From: a bacterium
GTDB taxonomy: Bacteria; RBG-13-61-14; DATKZS01
Length of the DNA stretch: 23,519 nt
Assembly (NCBI GenBank): GCA_046484135.1
Contig: JAWOBU010000193.1
Coordinates: forward strand, 1 to 23,519
Direction of reading: 5' to 3'
This document shows positions 17,090-23,519 of this stretch, in pieces. Numbering within the stretch: position 1 is the first letter of the stretch; each line of letters begins with the position of its first letter. Made by a program: the position numbers and the translations under genes. The notes under the pieces were generated by a model. It was not told the origin of the DNA, did not search any database, and worked only from the letters and a program-made list of their open reading frames with translations.

Positions 17090-19213
17090 TTACCCCAGGC
17101 CGGCCAGTTTTCCCAGCCACCATACCGCGGCAGAGGTTACATAAGCGGTGGCAATGGTCATGACAAGCATGGCGGCCGCCCACCTCCAGGAGCCGAGCTC
17201 CCGGTAGGCCACCACCACGGTAGCCAGGCAGGGTATGTATAAAAGCACGAACACCAGGAACACGTAGGCCCGGAGCTGCGAGAAAAACGGGTCCTGCTTG
17301 ATGGTCTCCTGTAGCTTGGGAGACTCCGCTCCCGTCTCTCCCATGCTGTAGATGGTGCTCATGGTGGACACCACCACCTCCTTGGCCACCAGGCCCGTGA
17401 GTAAAGCTATGCTCACCTTCCAGTCGCCCAGGCCCGCGGGCTCCAGTACCGGCTCGATCGCCCTGCCTGCCATGCCGGCGTAGCTTGCTTCCATCCGCTG
17501 CTTGGAGGCTTCCACCCGCATATCGTCGGGAAGACTTTCCACCGAACCGTGCCGGGCGATGCCCTCTTTGACATCTCTGGTGTAATCCACGTCGGCGGGA
17601 AAGTTGGACAAAAACCACACCACTATGGACATGGCCAGGATAATGGTGCCCGCCTTCTTCAGGTACATCCAGGCCCGCTCCCACATGTGCACCAGCACGC
17701 TCTTGGCGGTGGGCAGCCGGTAGGGCGGAAGCTCCATCACAAAGGGGGTCGGCTCTCCCCGGATCACGTAAACCCGCAGAACACGCGCCATGACCATGGC
17801 AACCACGATCCCCAAAAGATAAAGCGAAAAAATGACGTGGCCGGCGTTGGCGCCGAAAAAAGCGCCCGCGAAAAGCACGTAAACCGGAAGCCGGGCCGAG
17901 CAGCTTATAAAAGGAGACACCATGATGGTGGCCCGCCGGTCCCGCTCGTTCTCCAGGATGCGCGCGCCCATGATCGCGGGAACATTGCACCCGAAACCGA
18001 GAAAAAGAGGAATGAAGCTCTTGCCGTGCAAGCCCACCAAGTGCATGACCCGGTCCACGATAAAAGCCGCCCGCGCCATGTAACCCGAGTCCTCCATCAG
18101 GGACACCATGAAAAACAGCAGCATGATGTTGGGAAGAAACATGACCACACCGCCTACCCCGGCGATCACTCCGTCCACCAGGAGCGAACGCAAAAGCCCG
18201 GCAGGCAATGCGCTCGAAACCATCCCTCCCACTGCCTGGAACACCTCATGGACCAGGCCCGCCATAGGGTCTCCCAGCTTGAAGGTTATATAAAAAGTGA
18301 GCCACATAACGAAGAAGAAAATGGGAAGGCCCAGCACCCGGTTGGCCACCACCGTGTCCACCTTGTCCGAAATGGTGCGGCGGTCCTCCACCGTAAGCCG
18401 CATGGTCTCGGCCACCGCGCCGTGCAACCAGCCGTAGCGCGCGTCCGCCAGCAGTATCTCGGGATCATCCCCCAAAAGGTCCTTGATCCGCTCTCTCTCA
18501 CGCTCCGCTTTTTCCAGGACCTCCTTTTCGCCCCGCTCCGAGAGCCAGGAGATGACCTCGGGGTCCGCCTCCAGGAGCTTGATCGAGATCCACTCCGGAG
18601 CATACTTGGCGGACAGGTCCAGCCCGGAAAGAGCTTCCAGGATGTTCTCCCGTCCCCGGTCCAGCTCCGATCCGAAACGAATCTTGACCCGGGGTCCCTC
18701 CCCGCTTTCGGCAACCTCGATCACACCATCAAGAAGCTCGGAAATGCCTTCGCCCCGGTTGCCCACCGTGGGAACTATGGGTACTCCCAAGAGCACGCTG
18801 AGCTGTTCCAGGTCAATCTTGATCCCGCGCTTTTTTACCTCGTCCATCATGTTGAACGCCAGCACCACCGGTATCTTCATGGCGATGAGCTGGACGGCAA
18901 GGTAAAGGTTCCGCTCCAGGTTGCCGGCGTCAACGATCTGGACCACCACGTCCGGCTGTTCCTCCAGGATCACCCGGCGGGCCACCCTTTCGTCAGGCGA
19001 GTAAGCGCTGAGGCTGTAGGTGCCGGGAAGGTCTATTACCCGCAGGCGACGGCCGTTATAAGTAAGCTCGCCCTCCTTGCGCTCCACCGTGACGCCCGGG
19101 TAGTTGCCCACGTGATGGCGCGCGCCGGTTATGGAGTTGAAGATGGTGGTCTTGCCGGAGTTAGGGTTTCCCGCAAGCGCAATAAAGATGTCTTTTCCCC
19201 GGTTGTCCGTCAT
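17090..19213 (-). CDS. feoB: Ferrous iron transporter FeoB
   Basis: GNPNSGKT (G1), VGNYPGVTVE (G2), DLPGTYSL (G3), NMMD (G4), EDSGYMARAAF, GFGCNVP, CSARLP, LLYIPC. Confidence 0.97.
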   Translation of the reverse strand: MTDNRGKDIFIALAGNPNSGKTTIFNSITGARHHVGNYPGVTVERKEGELTYNGRRLRVIDLPGTYSLSAYSPDERVARRVILEEQPDVVVQIVDAGNLERNLYLAVQLIAMKIPVVLAFNMMDEVKKRGIKIDLEQLSVLLGVPIVPTVGNRGEGISELLDGVIEVAESGEGPRVKIRFGSELDRGRENILEALSGLDLSAKYAPEWISIKLLEADPEVISWLSERGEKEVLEKAERERERIKDLLGDDPEILLADARYGWLHGAVAETMRLTVEDRRTISDKVDTVVANRVLGLPIFFFVMWLTFYITFKLGDPMAGLVHEVFQAVGGMVSSALPAGLLRSLLVDGVIAGVGGVVMFLPNIMLLFFMVSLMEDSGYMARAAFIVDRVMHLVGLHGKSFIPLFLGFGCNVPAIMGARILENERDRRATIMVSPFISCSARLPVYVLFAGAFFGANAGHVIFSLYLLGIVVAMVMARVLRVYVIRGEPTPFVMELPPYRLPTAKSVLVHMWERAWMYLKKAGTIILAMSIVVWFLSNFPADVDYTRDVKEGIARHGSVESLPDDMRVEASKQRMEASYAGMAGRAIEPVLEPAGLGDWKVSIALLTGLVAKEVVVSTMSTIYSMGETGAESPKLQETIKQDPFFSQLRAYVFLVFVLLYIPCLATVVVAYRELGSWRWAAAMLVMTIATAYVTSAAVWWLGKLAGLG

Positions 19214-19216
19214 TTG

Positions 19217-19230
19217 TTAGCCCTGCCTAA
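19217..19230. promoter_or_regulatory. DtxR/MntR-type operator overlapping the feoB translation initiation region
   Basis: TTAGCCCTGCCTAA (one mismatch to TTAGG-N4-CCTAA) within a perfect TGTTAG-N6-CTAACA inverted repeat (19215-19232). Confidence 0.55.
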
Positions 19231-19248
19231 CATTGTCCTGTGAAATAA

Positions 19249-19497
19249 TCAACTCGAAGAACTCCGCTCCACCTCGATCTCTTGCGCTTCCTCGTTGCGG
19301 AGGCTCAAGTGGTAACCCATGATCCGGACTTCGATAGGGTCGCCGAGAGGGGCCACCCGCTCGACCTCCACCCGGGCCCCCTTGACCACGCCCATCTCCA
19401 GAAGCCGCTTCTTTATCTCGCCCACCGCGCCGATCCGGGTTATTTCCGCCTTTTCCCCCACCGGAAGCTCGCTCAATTTGAACACCTCATAAGACAA
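19249..19497 (-). CDS. feoA: FeoA family protein
   Basis: LSELPVGEKAEI...KRLLEMGVVKGARVEVERVAPLGDPIEVRIMGYHLSLR. TTG start with GAAGGAG RBS. Confidence 0.92.
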   Translation of the reverse strand: MSYEVFKLSELPVGEKAEITRIGAVGEIKKRLLEMGVVKGARVEVERVAPLGDPIEVRIMGYHLSLRNEEAQEIEVERSSSS

Positions 19498-19589
19498 GGA
19501 CCTTCTCCTTCATCAAAAACCTTTATTCCAATGGAAAAACCAGAACAGAATCTCGGGAAGGAAATAAAGAGGCAGGACACCCCGCGGTT

Positions 19590-19886
19590 TTAATGAACGA
19601 TCACCTTGCGGGCCATCCCTCGGCCCAGGCTGATCCGGGAGCCCCTGACGTCAAGAATAATGGGGCCTCCCAGGTTGGACAGCACCTTGACCCGGCTGCC
19701 CGGAGTCAGTCCCAGTGCGCAAACCTTGGCCGTAAAGTGCCTGCCTCCCATCAGTTTAAAAATCTCAACTGAGTGTCCCGGTGGTACAGAGGACAAGCAC
19801 CGACCTTCTACCGGCCCTTGCTCTTGGCCTGTTCCTCCTGTGGTGCTCGGGTTTTCTTCGCCGGGACGGCGGTTTCTTCCTCTCAT
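19590..19886 (-). CDS. feoA: Second FeoA family protein with a disordered N-terminal extension
   Basis: LGLTPGSRVKVL...GPIILDVRGSRISLGRGMARKVIV; GAGGA RBS. Confidence 0.88.
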   Translation of the reverse strand: MRGRNRRPGEENPSTTGGTGQEQGPVEGRCLSSVPPGHSVEIFKLMGGRHFTAKVCALGLTPGSRVKVLSNLGGPIILDVRGSRISLGRGMARKVIVH

Positions 19887-19915
19887 TCTGTATTCCTCAA
19901 AACCTCTCTATCTAA

Positions 19916-19945
19916 TTATGTTAGGCTATCCTAAATTATTGTCAA
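19916..19945 (-). promoter_or_regulatory. feo operon sigma70 promoter with a DtxR/IdeR box
   Basis: TTATGTTAGGCTATCCTAA (19916-19934) matches 17/19 positions of TTAGGTTAGSCTAACCTAA. TTGACA -35 lies on the minus strand at 19940-19945. Confidence 0.85.
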
Positions 19946-20062
19946 GTCAAAGTCCCCGCACTCCCGCAATCCCTTTGCCACACCAGAGCTTTGGTGAATT
20001 CTATGGCAGGACGTTCATGCCACTTTATCCGGGAATTTAACCTTCTAAGGAGGGACCGGCCA

Positions 20063-20572
20063 TTACTCGCTTTCGGAAGCGGTCCCCTTCCGGGAGGACA
20101 ATTTCTTCTCCCGCAGGAACCTCCGGAAGGACTCCCCTTTTAAAAGTCCCTGATCCGGACCGCCTTCCCTGAACTCTTCCAGGGCCACGAAGCGCTCGAT
20201 GGTATCCTGGCTCAAGGTATGCTCCATCCGACAGGCGTCCTCCTCCGCGACCTGGGCGTCCAGGCCCAGCACCTCTTCCAGAAACCGGCGCAACACGCGG
20301 TGGCGGTTCAAAACATCCTTGGCAATCTTTTTGCCGTTTTTGGTCAGACTGATACCGCCGTAGTGAGTGTGGGACACTGTCCCGTGTTCTTCCAGGTGCT
20401 TGACCATCCCTACTACGCTGGGTCTGGTCACGCCCAGTCTTCTGGCAATGTCGGTAACCCTTACCTTGGATTCGCCCTGCTCGGAGGCCAACTCGTAAAT
20501 TGTCTCCAGGTAGTCCTCCATGTTGGAGGTCAACTCTTCTCTGTGGATGCCGGTTTTATTTTTCATGGGCAT
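20063..20572 (-). CDS. DtxR/MntR-family metal-dependent repressor (no C-terminal SH3/FeoA domain)
   Basis: MEDYLETIYEL, DIARRLGVTRPSV wHTH, RHRVLRRFL, AEEDACRMEH. Confidence 0.92.
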   Translation of the reverse strand: MPMKNKTGIHREELTSNMEDYLETIYELASEQGESKVRVTDIARRLGVTRPSVVGMVKHLEEHGTVSHTHYGGISLTKNGKKIAKDVLNRHRVLRRFLEEVLGLDAQVAEEDACRMEHTLSQDTIERFVALEEFREGGPDQGLLKGESFRRFLREKKLSSRKGTASESE

Positions 20573-20589
20573 GGGTCCTTAAGCTCTTA

Positions 20590-20618
20590 ATATTATAAGG
20601 CCTTCCTAACTTTGTCAA
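20590..20618 (-). promoter_or_regulatory. Promoter of the DtxR-family gene with an autoregulatory operator
   Basis: Minus strand TTGACA (20613-20618), 17 bp, TAATAT (20590-20595). The spacer carries TAAGGCCTTCCTAA (20596-20609), one mismatch to TTAGG-N4-CCTAA. Confidence 0.7.
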
Positions 20619-20933
20619 GCCTTTCCTTTTCTCCTTCCTTTTGGGTGAAGCTCCCCCCAAATTGCTCGCTTTACTCTCCCGTCCCCTTAAAAACCCGCAA
20701 GCCGGCCCACACAACTTGTTGTGATGGGTGATCGAAGGTTATGGGAGAATTCGTTTCGTTTAGAGCGTGGAGGGTCTTGCTCGGATCAACCGGCAGGTAC
20801 GTGCTCGAAAACATCGAAATACCCATTCTTACCCAGGCTTGAGAAAAACCCGCTTTATAAACCGCGCATCCTTTAACAGCCACTATTTCCGAGGCGGCTG
20901 TTTAAGTCTCTCCCGTGCAACTCTGCTCCGGCT

Positions 20934-23519
20934 TTACTTCCCTTCCGTCCGGAGCCTGATCTTCTCCGCGGCTTTTTGGGCCCGGCTGCCCATGTCCCCT
21001 TCCTGATCCTGGAGGGGCTCCAGCGCAGGTAAGGCTTTTTCTCCTCCAATCCTTGCCAGACAATCCACCAGCGCCTGCAACAAGATGGGCTCCTCCTCGT
21101 CCTCGAACACGTTGCGGATTCGTTTCAGAAAGCCCTTTCTGAGATGGCCGGTCTGGGACTTTAAAAGCTCGACCAGAGCGTCTTCAATCTCAGGGAAACG
21201 GGGGATGTCCGTAAGGTTTGCCAGGCTCCGTATCAAAGGCGCCGTCTTCTTCGCGACTTCCTTGGCCTCCTCCTTGTCCTTGGGCATCTGGACCCGGAGC
21301 CTCTGGAGTATTCTTTCCGCCGCGGCCCCTGAAAGCGGCTGAATAACTGTGAGGCTGGAAGCCGCCCTGCCCACGACCTTTGTGTCTTCGTCGTCCAGGG
21401 CCTTGAATACCGCGTCCTCCCCTGCCTTGCCCTCCAGGCGCAGTACAGTGGTGAGGGCCTCCTCCCGCAGCCGCGGCCGCGAATGGTTTAGAAAGCGCCG
21501 GGCCCTCTTCCGGTCCTCGTCTTCCCGGCCGACGCGGCTTAAGATGAGAAGGGCGTTCCTTTGTACGTACCACGGCTGGGTGGAGTCGTCCAGTACGTGC
21601 CGGACCCAGTAGAGGGATTTCTCTCTCATATTGACCAGCGATTCCACCGCGGCCTTGCGCACCCCCCGGTCTTCCGAACGAAGCAAGACCTCTCCCATGA
21701 CCGCCACACCGGTCGGGCCAAGGTACGAGACTATCTTGTCCAGCAAAGCCCGCGACTCCTTGTCAGTTTCCAAGTAACCACGGGCCAGGTCTTTTACATG
21801 GTCGCTGAAAATATAGATAAGAGGCATGGCCGGCAGACCTTCCCCGCCCTGGAAAAGCTCTGAGGACTCGGAAGCCTTGCTTATGCCTTGAACCAGGGTG
21901 AGAAGCTCCTGCCACGCCCCCTGCTCGACCAGGACCGGCGAGACCTTTTTAAAGCACTCCAGGAGAACGTAAGCCTCGTCCGCGTCCCGGGTGGCAGCGA
22001 TGGCCCGGGCATATTCCCTGGCTGAATTCTTTACCGACTCGGCCAGTTTCAAGGTGTTGACGCGGGCGCGGACCTCGGGGGGAAGCTCCTCCAGGGTGAG
22101 TATTTCATTGAAGTACAGCTCTTCCAGAAACCCTCTGCCTCCCTTGATCTCTTCCAGGACCAGCCGGCGGGAGAGACTTTTCAGGATGCGCTTTATGCTT
22201 TTTATCCGGAGCTCGAGCACCTGCGAATCCGGGTGCTCCCTCTGTTTCTCCTGGAGCCTCTTCATCTCCTCCAGCACGTAGGTGGAGGTGGGAAGCACAA
22301 CCTGGGGAGGAAGGCTATCTATAATGAGTTCTTCCAGCTCAGTTAACTCGAGGGTCTTGACGTGGCGGGCTATAATATATGTATTTATCAGGATGTCCTT
22401 TAAAAACTGCGGATGCATCACCGGCCGGATGATGTCCATGACCGTCTGGTGCTTCATCTTCTTGAGCTCCTGGTCGCTCTTGCCCTTGAACATGGGAAGC
22501 ACTTTCAGGTCCTTGGCCAGGCGCTGGATCGCCATCTCCACCCTCCAGGGAAACTTCTCCTCCAGGACCAGCATGTCGTCCATGAATACCGTGGATATCT
22601 CCGTGATGCTGTTGTCAACCAGGGCGTTGGTCAAAAGCTCGCCCACGCCCGACTCTGAACCCTTGTCCACCTGCGGGTCGCTCATGATGTCCACGAAGGA
22701 GTCGAAGTGCTCCGGCGTGATCTCCTTTTTCAAGGCGAAGCTCACCAGGGCCTTCCGGTTGAAGTACTCCCGCAGCCGCGGCACGAACATCTCGGCCATA
22801 CCGGGACCTATCACGGTCCTTACGCTGACCGGCTGGTCCAGTATGCCCGTGATCAGGATGTCCGTCTTCTCCCTGGTTTCCTGGTTGGTGATCATGAGCT
22901 CCTTGCTGTCCCCCAGCGCCTTCTGGAGCTCCTCGTAAAGACCGTGCTTGGCCCCCTTGCTCTCGGGATGGTCTTCCGAGTAATAGCCGGACCTCTGCAT
23001 CGCCTTGGTCAGGTTCATGATGAACTCGCCCGCCGGCTGGACCCGCGAACGCTCTTCCGAGGTAAGTTGCTTCTTCTCCGCCGCGGGCGGGGCTTCATAA
23101 ACCGGCTTTTCTTCCTCCTCTTCCGCCTCGGTCTGGTTGATGATGTCCCGCACCCAGTCCAGCTCTATGTTGGCGCTGGAAGCTACCGCTTTGTCCTTCA
23201 TCTTTGCCACCCGGGCCTGGCGCGGACGGGGAGTAAATGCCTTTTTCTTTTTATTGCTCTCTTGCCCGGCAGCTGAAGACGTGTTTTCCTTCTCCGGGAT
23301 CGGGGACGCGGAAGAAGGAACGGCCTTGTCAGGCTCTTGAAGAATGGGCTTCTCGGGTCGGGGAGGCGGCGGTGGAGGAGCAGCCGGCTTTGCAGGAGCT
23401 TTGTTTTCAACTTGGTCTGAAGGTTGAGGTTCTTCCGGCGCACCCTCAGCGGCTTCTTCCTTTACCGCCCCCTTCGAATGCTGTTCTTTTTTCGTGTCCC
23501 CGCTTTTGTGGGCTTCAAG
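20934..23519 (-). CDS. Large HEAT-repeat-containing protein, 5'-truncated by the window edge
   Basis: The frame stays open past the tracked GTG at 23210 to base 23519 (Pro/Glu/Lys-rich, PAKPAAPPPPPPRP). HEAT-like motifs SEDRGVRKAAVESL, WYVQRNALLIL, PRLREEAL, ALDDEDTKVVGRAA, LARIGGEKALPAL. Confidence 0.8.
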   Translation of the reverse strand, partial: LEAHKSGDTKKEQHSKGAVKEEAAEGAPEEPQPSDQVENKAPAKPAAPPPPPPRPEKPILQEPDKAVPSSASPIPEKENTSSAAGQESNKKKKAFTPRPRQARVAKMKDKAVASSANIELDWVRDIINQTEAEEEEEKPVYEAPPAAEKKQLTSEERSRVQPAGEFIMNLTKAMQRSGYYSEDHPESKGAKHGLYEELQKALGDSKELMITNQETREKTDILITGILDQPVSVRTVIGPGMAEMFVPRLREYFNRKALVSFALKKEITPEHFDSFVDIMSDPQVDKGSESGVGELLTNALVDNSITEISTVFMDDMLVLEEKFPWRVEMAIQRLAKDLKVLPMFKGKSDQELKKMKHQTVMDIIRPVMHPQFLKDILINTYIIARHVKTLELTELEELIIDSLPPQVVLPTSTYVLEEMKRLQEKQREHPDSQVLELRIKSIKRILKSLSRRLVLEEIKGGRGFLEELYFNEILTLEELPPEVRARVNTLKLAESVKNSAREYARAIAATRDADEAYVLLECFKKVSPVLVEQGAWQELLTLVQGISKASESSELFQGGEGLPAMPLIYIFSDHVKDLARGYLETDKESRALLDKIVSYLGPTGVAVMGEVLLRSEDRGVRKAAVESLVNMREKSLYWVRHVLDDSTQPWYVQRNALLILSRVGREDEDRKRARRFLNHSRPRLREEALTTVLRLEGKAGEDAVFKALDDEDTKVVGRAASSLTVIQPLSGAAAERILQRLRVQMPKDKEEAKEVAKKTAPLIRSLANLTDIPRFPEIEDALVELLKSQTGHLRKGFLKRIRNVFEDEEEPILLQALVDCLARIGGEKALPALEPLQDQEGDMGSRAQKAAEKIRLRTEGK

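Noticed and set aside
17549..19243. 564-aa ORF on + opposite feoB
   Set aside because: Antisense shadow ORF with His/Gly/Arg-rich composition and no domain signature.
20741..20842. 33-codon ORF (MGEFVSFRAW...) and small hairpins (e.g. 20706-20728) in the 20620-20930 spacer
   Set aside because: SD-like sequence is too close to the ATG, there is no motif, and I recognise no riboswitch or ncRNA pattern. An Rfam search would be needed.
23198..23443. 81-aa basic ORF on the minus strand
   Set aside because: Out-of-frame overlap with the open upstream extension of the HEAT-repeat gene.

Overview
GC-rich bacterial chromosomal segment. The gene content (sigma54 two-component system, DUF4388-type regulator, HEAT-repeat protein, DtxR-controlled feo) suggests a Deltaproteobacteria-like anaerobe; this is inference. 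Left to right on + : a truncated NTF2-like gene, cysK, an XRE repressor plus ImmA/IrrE-type metallopeptidase overlapping epmA and followed by lpdA, and a small protein plus nucleotidyltransferase pair. Next come a PHP-family lipoprotein (-), a relic of a class III nucleotidyl cyclase and a secreted M6 metalloprotease. A GAF/PAS histidine kinase and NtrC-family activator follow, then a complete sigma54 promoter (candidate UAS, IHF site, -24/-12). This promoter precedes an unusual four-gene signalling cluster: a REC-DUF4388-roadblock-like fusion, a stand-alone ~60%-identical copy of that roadblock-like domain, a PHP phosphoesterase and an RsbW-like ATPase. Converging on it is a dtxR/mntR-feoA-feoA-feoB-small Cys-rich gene locus with three DtxR-type operator boxes, then a HEAT-repeat gene that runs off the window end. 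No rRNA, tRNA, CRISPR array, integrase or transposase was recognised. The sigma54-linked cluster is the best candidate for an undescribed system.
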